Positions 55,201 through 62,945 of a DNA stretch of 64,000 nucleotides are shown in pieces. The notes under the pieces were generated by a model that saw only the letters and a program-made list of their open reading frames with translations, was not told the DNA's origin and searched no databases. The number at the start of each line of letters is the position of its first letter. The first letter of the stretch is position 1. The stretch is from a virus, in IMG/VR virus record IMGVR_UViG_3300032326_000853, positions 9,456 through 73,455 of that record; one strand, given 5' to 3'. The position numbers and the translations under genes are program-made.

Positions 55201-56429
55201 CCTTAGTTGCCAAAGATACTGGCATCACTGACTGGAACCAGTTGATGAATTTTGTACAACAGTATGCCTCAAATAGCCATAATAAAGCCAGCAGAGAGAA
55301 TTTGGAGAGATGGCAACAGCTTACTAATGAAATTGCTTCATTAATGAAGCAGGCTCCTACCATGGATGAAATGCGAGCCGCAATAAAGCAACAAGATGCT
55401 GACAAACATCAACAGAACTTGACTGCTATTCAACAGCAGTTAGATTTAGAAAATGCTCCGCTACAACACGAAATGTCTGTGCAGGCCCTAATAAACAAGG
55501 CTGAATTAGATAAAGCTGACCAGAAGGAGTTGTTAGAACTTGACATGGAAGCACGCCTGGCCATTATGAAAATCAAGCAGGACATGGAACTTGATGCCAA
55601 GGAACGCTTGACTCAAATTGAACGCGAAATTGAAGATCGTAAAGAACGTGAAGATGTTCGCAAGCATGAGTTGGAAATGGCACAAGCTGGCTACAAGCAT
55701 GAGCTTGCTGTTATCAATGCCTCAGCTGAAGGTGAATATAAGAAAGCTAAACTAGAAGCTGATTATCAAATTCAAATCAAACAGCTAGACAACATTGACA
55801 ATGCAGGCGAGCGTCAAAACAGACTAGATCAAATCAACACTGAAAAAGCAAAACAACTTGAAATCATTGATGCTGAAACAAAAGCTCGAGTTGAAGTAAT
55901 GCAAAAAGAAGTTGATGTTGAAAAACAACAAAGTGACATCAAGATCAACCAAGCATTCATGATGACGTTAAACCCAATTTGGGGTGCGGCATTGACTGCG
56001 GCACATGCGGCAGGTTCTACATGGAAAGCAGGTATTAACAATTTAAATAAGGCGTTAGCAATGCTATCGAAACCAGTTATGCCAACAGCACAGAAAGAAA
56101 GTCGTTATGATCGACGCGATGCTTATCAACGTGATTATGATTCAAGTGTAGCAGGTATGGGCAAGCGTCAAAGTCTAGCTTATCAACTTGACGGTGGTGC
56201 CAATGACGAAGGTTGGGATCAACCTGAACGTTCGTATCAAGTACCACAACAAACATACTATATTCGCTTCAAGGATTCTGGCAAGGTATACAAACAAAAA
56301 GGTGTACCCAAGAGCTTTGCCAACAAAGCAGCCGCGAATGCCTATGCGCTGGCCATGATCAAGAATAATCCTGCACATCAGGACAACATATTGTTGACAG
56401 TGTCCAGTGAAGACAAACCCTCAGCATAA
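52251..56429 (+). CDS. Giant (1392-aa) protein with several features. It has an N-terminal signal-like Ala/Gly segment and a central multi-pass hydrophobic block. It has a long C-terminal coiled coil. It is a candidate virion ejection or tape-measure-like protein.
   Basis: 'RKIVPAAMAAGVALSGAGNAQAQG', 'AAAGLTLGGIAAAGAPALIGILGPVVGIPFAAYAAYSAA', then a Glu/Lys/Gln-rich heptad region (aa 1050-1250). Confidence 0.45.
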   Translation: MIRIRLINEGKVVKQITSRIHEGVVLEQIKNYKDPYDTIQVVEGELSEDAKSMLQHVARKIVPAAMAAGVALSGAGNAQAQGSANPNYPGLNHSVGQHMVDIFSPNYKEMMRQREHRRNTERQVWNAEQDEIRKQRVADARARVRPAPGQQHVVYDQSRISQDGKSYIIYGMDNKVRRIPVNGTEYMPGDSQRLPHYITSGGGVFYVRHPHMNESIRESAENKAEHDKGYSDASQGKSKNPYNPGSPAAAAYDAGQQAYRRHFSEAHQIPGKDEHYALRNNIWTLYDGDEIVHEYRPERGEVVGAKKLLARFDDEGYDVTHVVSPMGVATYLYGKPEEDMDEGYTVTRGIDRERYQERPGLEGPFSTRSGKVVYYDPKEGKYYDPETDFYIGHEDYAKMDEEATPGVVKAAAGLTLGGIAAAGAPALIGILGPVVGIPFAAYAAYSAAKLGMKGVEKLWDMASEKLGGDDKVAQYANAKLAKLPPDQARAAAAVVKQIGESKQSVAEGDPNATVGTISSTGTSGGTGRTQFAPTGKTTNAKFNKNGQIELDTEQEDDGSVNLDADAVKQLQQAGVKIKESEDSPVASAIARRIMSQRLDLLQNHGPQKVMAAIDDVADFVGDTEEIGSSDVSAWVKQVEQTLAGMGESVNEGTDTLEGILSKFSADYAKFKAGGDIDENQDFFDALYEYFFDEMPYGVKKARDGDPYEWITDRLDQESGIAPVAEAEEDEATPGDQAAADQNIIMQIRKASDYEKPTKIKLADGSENVIAPNIAKLILAKFDKMKPESKALLQDTLNTEEGFKEILAYFGGGVREQAVARASKVMAHALEEAGLADIRARMDARRDHPEKQSPNPTTPMPPVPPYVAPAKQQELKAGDIIGYRPKNAKMVPIKAKVLKLLSGDRAMVSVSSPTMIARNNDSPVITIGPLSDLDIQNPYKAIARESVVNEAAADWLPAYNGLLKGDGEPARGGSSQNLNWKKSMALVAKDTGITDWNQLMNFVQQYASNSHNKASRENLERWQQLTNEIASLMKQAPTMDEMRAAIKQQDADKHQQNLTAIQQQLDLENAPLQHEMSVQALINKAELDKADQKELLELDMEARLAIMKIKQDMELDAKERLTQIEREIEDRKEREDVRKHELEMAQAGYKHELAVINASAEGEYKKAKLEADYQIQIKQLDNIDNAGERQNRLDQINTEKAKQLEIIDAETKARVEVMQKEVDVEKQQSDIKINQAFMMTLNPIWGAALTAAHAAGSTWKAGINNLNKALAMLSKPVMPTAQKESRYDRRDAYQRDYDSSVAGMGKRQSLAYQLDGGANDEGWDQPERSYQVPQQTYYIRFKDSGKVYKQKGVPKSFANKAAANAYALAMIKNNPAHQDNILLTVSSEDKPSA

Positions 56430-56447
56430 CATATAATATGCAATAAG

Positions 56448-56475
56448 AATTGCCGCGTAATGCGGCAATTTCTTT
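56448..56475 (+). terminator. Terminator hairpin AATTGCCGC-GTAAT-GCGGCAATT followed by TCTTT
   Basis: 9-bp perfect stem after the stop of the giant gene. Confidence 0.6.
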
Positions 56476-56500
56476 GACTACAGCTTGTATAAGTACACGC

Positions 56501-57991
56501 ATGGATGTAATACTTTTAAACAGTGGGCCCGAAGATCTTGGTCGAATTTCGCCTTATAGAACCTTGGGCGCATATAAAATTGCACACTACACAAGGTCTG
56601 CAGGCTACAATACTCAGGTAATAGATCATTTGATGTTCTTATCCGAGGACCAGCTGCGTGCCTGTTTGCTAAAATTTGTTACTAATGAAACCTTGGTAAT
56701 TGGCGTTAGCACAACTTTCATGAGAGACCCTTCCCGTCCCTTTAATGAACCCTCGCTGCCTGCACATGTTATTACTGTATTAAACGAAATCACTGATCAA
56801 TTTCCCAATATCAAATTGGTTTTTGGCGGTTACGGTACGTATTTGGTCACAAGTACAAGAAGCACTGACTTTATAAAGAATCCATATGCTGTTGTTCAGG
56901 AGTACGGCGAAGATACTTTTGTTGATATCCTGAATCATTTAAGCGGCACAGGTGATGAGCCTCCTTGGGTCATTGCCAAAGTAACACCCGGTGGTCCTTA
57001 TAAAAAGATGATCAAGCAATACACAGGTCCTGTTGCTGTGAGATTTAATATTGAAACTGATGCATTTCAATTTACTGCACAAGATGCAGTTATGCCCAAC
57101 GAAACTTTACCAATTGAAATCAGCAGAGGTTGTATCTTTAAATGCAAATTTTGCAACCATTTATTGTTGGGACGAGGCAAACTTGACTACCTAAGAGATT
57201 TTGAATTGGTGCGCAACGAATTGATCAACAATTACGAACGCTGGGGCACTACCAATTACTATGTCATATGTGACACATTCAATGACACAGAATATAAAAT
57301 GAAAGAATGGCACAAAATGGTCACAGCATTGCCATTCAAGATAAATTGGACTTCGTATTTGCGAGCTGACTTATTGAATAGATTTGAAGACGTACCTTAT
57401 ATGCTGGCCGAGACTGGGTTATTTTCATGCTTTCACGGCATTGAAAGTTTCGGCGAAAAAGCATCTGTTACAATTGGCAAAGGCTGGAGTGGCAAAAGCG
57501 CCCGAGAATTCCTACCAAAATTGTATCACGACATTTGGAAAAAAGAAGTATTTCAGACCTTGAGTTTTATTGTGGGCTTGCCAGGGGACACGGCCGAAAG
57601 CATACTTGACACTGGTAGATGGTTCAACAGTAATAAAATGTACAACATTGCTTGGCATACCCTGGGTATCATGCCCAACAGTCCTAGACATGCCAGCGAA
57701 TTTGAGCGCAACGCTGAAAGCTATGGCTACACATTTACTGAAAACAATAAATGGAAAAATGAACACTGGACCATGGACACGGCTGCAGAGTTTGTTAAGA
57801 CAAAATTAGGCCCGTTAAACGGTCCCAATAATGCCAAGCACGGCAGCTGGAAAATCATGCAGTTGAAGCAATTTGGGTACACACGATCTAATTTTCAAAA
57901 GGAAAACAACATATTTTGGAACATAGCCGACCAATATCAGCGGGGACAAGTGTTTATTGATCAATACGTGACTAAATTACTTGCACTTTAA
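56501..57991 (+). CDS. B12-binding-domain radical SAM enzyme (paralog of 9886..11472)
   Basis: 'GCIFKCKFCNH' CxxxCxxC. Collinear similarity with 9886..11472 throughout, e.g. 'YYVICDTFND' vs 'YWLLDDTFND' and 'SFIVGLPGDT' vs 'QFIIGLPYET'. Confidence 0.7.
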   Translation: MDVILLNSGPEDLGRISPYRTLGAYKIAHYTRSAGYNTQVIDHLMFLSEDQLRACLLKFVTNETLVIGVSTTFMRDPSRPFNEPSLPAHVITVLNEITDQFPNIKLVFGGYGTYLVTSTRSTDFIKNPYAVVQEYGEDTFVDILNHLSGTGDEPPWVIAKVTPGGPYKKMIKQYTGPVAVRFNIETDAFQFTAQDAVMPNETLPIEISRGCIFKCKFCNHLLLGRGKLDYLRDFELVRNELINNYERWGTTNYYVICDTFNDTEYKMKEWHKMVTALPFKINWTSYLRADLLNRFEDVPYMLAETGLFSCFHGIESFGEKASVTIGKGWSGKSAREFLPKLYHDIWKKEVFQTLSFIVGLPGDTAESILDTGRWFNSNKMYNIAWHTLGIMPNSPRHASEFERNAESYGYTFTENNKWKNEHWTMDTAAEFVKTKLGPLNGPNNAKHGSWKIMQLKQFGYTRSNFQKENNIFWNIADQYQRGQVFIDQYVTKLLAL

Positions 57992-58018
57992 TAAATACAT
58001 TCGATAAGGATTCATAAT

Positions 58019-59464
58019 ATGAAATTTACAGACCTAGGGGACAAGGGCCCAAATATTAAACTGGCTTTTGTTAAAGAAGCCAAGTTAAATGAATTTGCAC
58101 CTGGTGGCGGGGATGACCGCGAGCCCAATGAAGAAGAAATCTTGCGTCAATTGGCCGCACAATGGTGGAATGGCACAGAACAACAAATGGCCAAAGCACA
58201 ACGTACATTAGAAACAATGGGTTGGGAAATTGGACAAGATGAATCCGGTGATGACGATGCAGGTGTATTCTTAATACGCCCAGGTGATGTAAATGGTGAC
58301 ACATACATTGCATTTAACCACAGTGATTTAGATTTAAACGAAGGCTGGAAAGATAAGTTGGCAGCGGCTGCGTTAGCTGGAACAATGGCCCTAGGTGCCG
58401 CAGGCGCACAAGCCAGAGTTTCACCTGGTGACGATCCCAGTATCAATCGTTTAAATGGCAAACCTGTTGCTACACAAGTTGCGCCGGCTGCATCACAGGC
58501 TGTGCAACCTGGTGCTTCATTACCAGGTAAAAATCTACAAGCAGTTGATAACATAGAAGGAAACAAGGCCAATGGTTATACCATCACACAAGATGGCAAT
58601 TCCTATGATGTTAAGGTAGTGCCAAAAGGTTCTCCTACTCCCAGGGGCGGCAAAATGATGAAGGTAACTCAAGCACAAGTTGGCGAGCGCGGCATTGGAA
58701 ATTATGTAGTATATTTGCTAAACAATGGGACTGCATATCTTTATATGGGCGAAAGCGTAAATGAAGCTTCACCGCGAGTTGATTCGCTTGTAACCGACGC
58801 ACTAAAAATAATGCAGGGTTCAAGTGTAAATGATGCTGTGGCCGCACTAAAGACTGTGCTGGGCAATAGAGAATACAACAGCCGTCGTGGACATTATAAT
58901 TTCTATGTCAAGCAATTGGTTGATATGTCAGGACAGCAAGGCATGGCGGAAGCACGTGACGGCGAGGACTTTGAGCCAGCATTGTCGGGCTTGAAAAAAG
59001 AGTTTGACAAGTTCGCAAACAGTGATCGCGCAAATCGAGATGTCGCTGACAGTGACATTGACGATGAGGATGTTGCTAACGACATGGGTCAAGACAGCGG
59101 CGATGACTTAGATGAAGCAACATTGGCACAAATGCGTGACTACTTTAATCAACCAGACGACTCGATGAAAGTAAACCGTGCGCCAGGCGCACCGGGAAAG
59201 CCTGCCGCAGGTATCCCACACGAAATACAAGCCTTGGTCAACAAGATGTATCATTCAGGAAAAGTTACACCGCAAGAGTTTGAAATTTTAAGAAAGTTTC
59301 AACAGAAAACAAAAATCAATGTGGGCATTAAAGAAGCTGATAAAAATCCCTATGCCATAGGTATGGCACAGGCCATGAAAAGCACAGGCGATAAACCGCC
59401 ATTAAAGAAAAGCACTATCAACAAGGCGCATGAAATCGCCCGTGCTGTTAAAAAAGGTGAATAA
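58019..59464 (+). CDS. Hypothetical protein with 'KLNEFAPGGGDD' motif and internal Ala/Gly-rich signal-like segment
   Basis: 'KLAAAALAGTMALGAAGAQARVSPGDD'. Acidic C-terminal region. Confidence 0.5.
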   Translation: MKFTDLGDKGPNIKLAFVKEAKLNEFAPGGGDDREPNEEEILRQLAAQWWNGTEQQMAKAQRTLETMGWEIGQDESGDDDAGVFLIRPGDVNGDTYIAFNHSDLDLNEGWKDKLAAAALAGTMALGAAGAQARVSPGDDPSINRLNGKPVATQVAPAASQAVQPGASLPGKNLQAVDNIEGNKANGYTITQDGNSYDVKVVPKGSPTPRGGKMMKVTQAQVGERGIGNYVVYLLNNGTAYLYMGESVNEASPRVDSLVTDALKIMQGSSVNDAVAALKTVLGNREYNSRRGHYNFYVKQLVDMSGQQGMAEARDGEDFEPALSGLKKEFDKFANSDRANRDVADSDIDDEDVANDMGQDSGDDLDEATLAQMRDYFNQPDDSMKVNRAPGAPGKPAAGIPHEIQALVNKMYHSGKVTPQEFEILRKFQQKTKINVGIKEADKNPYAIGMAQAMKSTGDKPPLKKSTINKAHEIARAVKKGE

Positions 59465-59476
59465 CAGGAGATTACC

Positions 59477-60124
59477 GTGATTAAATTAACGCTTGAACAC
59501 TTACAGGCATGCTTGCCCGAAGCAAAAAAAGCAAACTTAGAAAAGTTTGTAGAAGGTTTAAATGAAACATTTGAGCACTTTGAAATTGACACGCCTAAAC
59601 GCATGGCCATGTTTATTGCACAAACTGCTCATGAGTCTGGCAACTTTGCAGCCACACAAGAAAACTTAAACTATTCAGCCAAGGGCTTGAGTGGTACATT
59701 TAAAAAGTATTTCCCCACAGAAGAGTCTGCTACTGCTTATGCACGTAAGCCAGAAAAGATTGCCAACAAGGTTTATGGTTCACGCATGGGCAATGGAGCC
59801 GAATCATCTGGTGATGGTTACAAGTATCGTGGTCGCGGTGTTATTCAATTAACTGGCAAAGACAACTACACTGCTTGCGGCAAGGCTCTAGGCATGGATT
59901 TATTAGCAGATCCCGATTCCGTAGCAGAAAATCCAGTTGCAGTACTAAGTGCTGGTTGGTTCTGGAACACACGTAGACTAAATGACTGGGCCGACAAAGG
60001 TGACGTATTAACTGTTACTAAAAAAATCAACGGTGGTACAATTGGTCTAGCTGATCGCAAAAAGCACTACGAGCACATTTTAGAAGTGCTTGAAGATATT
60101 GAGGGCGAAAGCGAAAGCGAATAA
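59477..60124 (+). CDS. GH19-family endolysin (lysozyme/chitinase-like), compact form
   Basis: 'MFIAQTAHESGNF', 'YRGRGVIQLTGKDNY', 'GWFWNTRRLNDWAD'. Confidence 0.75.
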   Translation: MIKLTLEHLQACLPEAKKANLEKFVEGLNETFEHFEIDTPKRMAMFIAQTAHESGNFAATQENLNYSAKGLSGTFKKYFPTEESATAYARKPEKIANKVYGSRMGNGAESSGDGYKYRGRGVIQLTGKDNYTACGKALGMDLLADPDSVAENPVAVLSAGWFWNTRRLNDWADKGDVLTVTKKINGGTIGLADRKKHYEHILEVLEDIEGESESE

Positions 60125-60221
60125 AACTAACTCAACACGGCCCCGATCGTTTGCTTAACAGGAACGCTTCGGGGTTTTTCTTGACTGCGATTTCTTTAAC
60201 TACACACATAATAAATAAAGC

Positions 60222-61496
60222 ATGAAAGAAATGATCTGGTACTGTGACCACAAGAATGATAATCCATTTGAATTACACAGCTACCTGCAACAATTTATTA
60301 CTAACGACACTGACAATATAGATCATTTTACAGTTCAGCCCTCTATTGATTTGACTATACTGCCTGAATTTGCTTCAAAAATCACAGTTCGAACATTTCC
60401 CGACTACAAAAACAATTCCAATGGTGCTGTTGTAATTGGACTACACGGTGGATGGGATCCGGTTAAACTTAAATTAATCACTGAGTGGTTTACATCAGAT
60501 CGACACAGGCTTCGTGCCTGGCAGGATCATACTTGTCGCATTGTACTTGACTACAGCATGGAAGGCTTTGGCGAAGAAGCATTTGGCGACTTGTACAATT
60601 GGAGTTGTACTCATGGCCTGCAAGATAGGCTTGTTTATGTAAGCGGGGACTTGAACATCAAAGACAACTATTGGGCATGGTGTGCTCAACATCGTGTTGG
60701 GCCTGCAATGACTGTGACCTATTATGGGTACTTTGCAGTATGGGCCAGCAGACAATTAAGAGTCACAGCACAAACCACAAGACGTCGTCGTTACATGAGT
60801 TTGAATCGTCGGCCACATTATCATCGCATCATGATGATGACCATATTAGAACGCAGAGGCTTGATCGAACATGGCACTATCAGTATGCCACGTGATTTTG
60901 TGGAACCTGACATTGGGTGGGCCGCAGATCAATGGGACCTGCGTAGATTATGGGACGAGTTAAAAGACCTGCAGGTGGGCTTTTTGGATCGTTACGAATC
61001 AGCATTTCAATCCTTGCACAGCAAACTACCGCTAATAGCCGACAGAACAGACTTTGAAACCAATCATGCACTAGACTTTAATACGGACCTATACCGCGAA
61101 CATCCTATTAACTTAGTCACAGAAACCCTGTGCTTTACCACTAGTGCATTTGCGTCGGAAAAGATCTGGAAGCCCATGGCTGCGGGACAAATATTTTTAG
61201 TACTCAGTGGCCCTTATTACTTACGTGGTTTAAAGCGCATTGGTTTCCGCACATTTGCCCCATATATAAATGAAGAATACGATGAAGAAACAGAACCAAT
61301 TGCTCGGGCTAATTTGGTAGCTCGTGAATTAAAACGTCTGATAAGTATCACAGACGAGGAATTTGAAGCAGTCTTGGCTCAATGTCAAGAAGTGATTAGA
61401 CATAATCAACAGTTGGTTACAGATCAAAATCAAATCAAAGCAACAGTTGCTCGTGACTTAGTACGCACATTAGAAGGTAAACGTGGAACCAATTAA
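60222..61496 (+). CDS. Putative glycosyltransferase, GT10 (alpha-1,3-fucosyltransferase)-like C-terminal motif
   Basis: 'LCFTTSAFASEKIWKPMAAGQIFLVLSGP' parallels GT10 'FYLAFENS...ITEKLW..A..AGSVPVVLGP'. Confidence 0.35.
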   Translation: MKEMIWYCDHKNDNPFELHSYLQQFITNDTDNIDHFTVQPSIDLTILPEFASKITVRTFPDYKNNSNGAVVIGLHGGWDPVKLKLITEWFTSDRHRLRAWQDHTCRIVLDYSMEGFGEEAFGDLYNWSCTHGLQDRLVYVSGDLNIKDNYWAWCAQHRVGPAMTVTYYGYFAVWASRQLRVTAQTTRRRRYMSLNRRPHYHRIMMMTILERRGLIEHGTISMPRDFVEPDIGWAADQWDLRRLWDELKDLQVGFLDRYESAFQSLHSKLPLIADRTDFETNHALDFNTDLYREHPINLVTETLCFTTSAFASEKIWKPMAAGQIFLVLSGPYYLRGLKRIGFRTFAPYINEEYDEETEPIARANLVARELKRLISITDEEFEAVLAQCQEVIRHNQQLVTDQNQIKATVARDLVRTLEGKRGTN

Positions 61497-62943
61497 AATT
61501 CATTTAAACAGAGTCAAACAACAACTGGATGAGGTCAGCGGCTCATACTGTGTGGCCAAATGGCAGCAAGTAACAATCCATCTTGCAACAGGCCAAACTC
61601 ACAGTTGCCATCACCCAGCCACACATCGTATTCCTTTAGAAGAGATTGCTGTCAATCCTACTGCGTTACACAATACCAAATTCAAGAAAGAACAGCGTCG
61701 AAAGATGTTGGCTGGTGAGCGTCCACCTGAATGTGATTACTGCTGGAAGGCTGAAGACTCGCCTGGACATCACTACAGCGACCGTGTGCATAAAAGTGCA
61801 GATCCTGTGTGGGGACAGCCATACTTGAAAGAGTCAGCACGGATGCCCTGGGACGCTGATGTTACACCTGCTTATGTAGAAGTATCATTCAGCAATGTGT
61901 GCAACTTTGGTTGTGCATATTGCAGTCCAGATATCAGTAGTACTATCATGCAAGAAGCCAAACGCTTTGGCCCCGTTAAACTAGACGGTGGTCGTTTTGA
62001 TCGTGACATTATCAAGTTGGAGCAACAGGGCCGCATGCCTATTCCCAACAGAGAACAAAATCCCTATATTGATGCATTTTGGGCCTGGTGGCCTACCCTG
62101 TACCCCAAGTTAAAAGTATTCCGCATCACTGGTGGCGAACCCCTGTTGGCCAAGGACACATTCAAGGTATTAGATTGGATCATTGCTCATCCCAACCCCG
62201 AACTGGATCTTGCTATCAATTCAAACTTGGGAGTAGATGAAAAACTACTAGACGAGTTTTTGGAAAAAGCCAACTACATTCAAGAAAACAATTTAGTAAA
62301 AAGCCTAAAGATCTTTACCAGCTGTGACACATGGGGCAAGCAAGCAGAATATATTCGCACTGGTTTAAATTATAATCAATGGTATCGCACACTATGGGAT
62401 ATTACACTACGTTATCCTGCGTTGAGTATCAGTGTCATGGTCACATTTAATTTGTTGAGCATTCCACGTTTTGAATCATTCCTACGTGACATGTTGACAA
62501 TACGTCAATCGCCTTCAGTGGTAGTTAACAATTCTGGCATGCGTGGAGTTGGCTTAGACTTTCCGTATCTGCGTCATCCGCGTTATTTGAGTACCTTGAT
62601 TGCTGATCCCTATATGATGGTATTGCTTGATCGTTCCATTCAGTTCATGCGTCGGAATACAGCTACCTTTCAACAAGTGGATTATCATGACGGTTTTTAT
62701 CCACACGAAATAGAAAACTTACAGCGTGTGTACAACATTGCGTCAGCTGAATGGCAAGGCAGTTTACAAAGTCAGATAAGTAGACGTGACTTTTATTTGT
62801 ACATCACTGAACATGATCGACGAAATGAAACTGACTTTAAAACAGTGTTTCCGGAAATTGGTTATTTTTACGATCAGTGTCGACGAGAATATGAAGAATC
62901 ACAGGCTGCTAGAGAAGCGGCTGAAAATAAAGACAAAGAATAA
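61483..62943 (+). CDS. Radical SAM domain protein (third in window)
   Basis: 'SNVCNFGCAYCSP' CxxxCxxC. About 480 aa. Confidence 0.55.
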   Translation: MEPIKIHLNRVKQQLDEVSGSYCVAKWQQVTIHLATGQTHSCHHPATHRIPLEEIAVNPTALHNTKFKKEQRRKMLAGERPPECDYCWKAEDSPGHHYSDRVHKSADPVWGQPYLKESARMPWDADVTPAYVEVSFSNVCNFGCAYCSPDISSTIMQEAKRFGPVKLDGGRFDRDIIKLEQQGRMPIPNREQNPYIDAFWAWWPTLYPKLKVFRITGGEPLLAKDTFKVLDWIIAHPNPELDLAINSNLGVDEKLLDEFLEKANYIQENNLVKSLKIFTSCDTWGKQAEYIRTGLNYNQWYRTLWDITLRYPALSISVMVTFNLLSIPRFESFLRDMLTIRQSPSVVVNNSGMRGVGLDFPYLRHPRYLSTLIADPYMMVLLDRSIQFMRRNTATFQQVDYHDGFYPHEIENLQRVYNIASAEWQGSLQSQISRRDFYLYITEHDRRNETDFKTVFPEIGYFYDQCRREYEESQAAREAAENKDKE

Positions 62944-62945
62944 TT

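Noticed and set aside
52251-56429. Calling the 1392-aa protein a tape-measure protein outright
   Set aside because: There is no adjacent tail-assembly chaperone or frameshift pair, and no tail tube or baseplate neighbours. It is kept only as a candidate.
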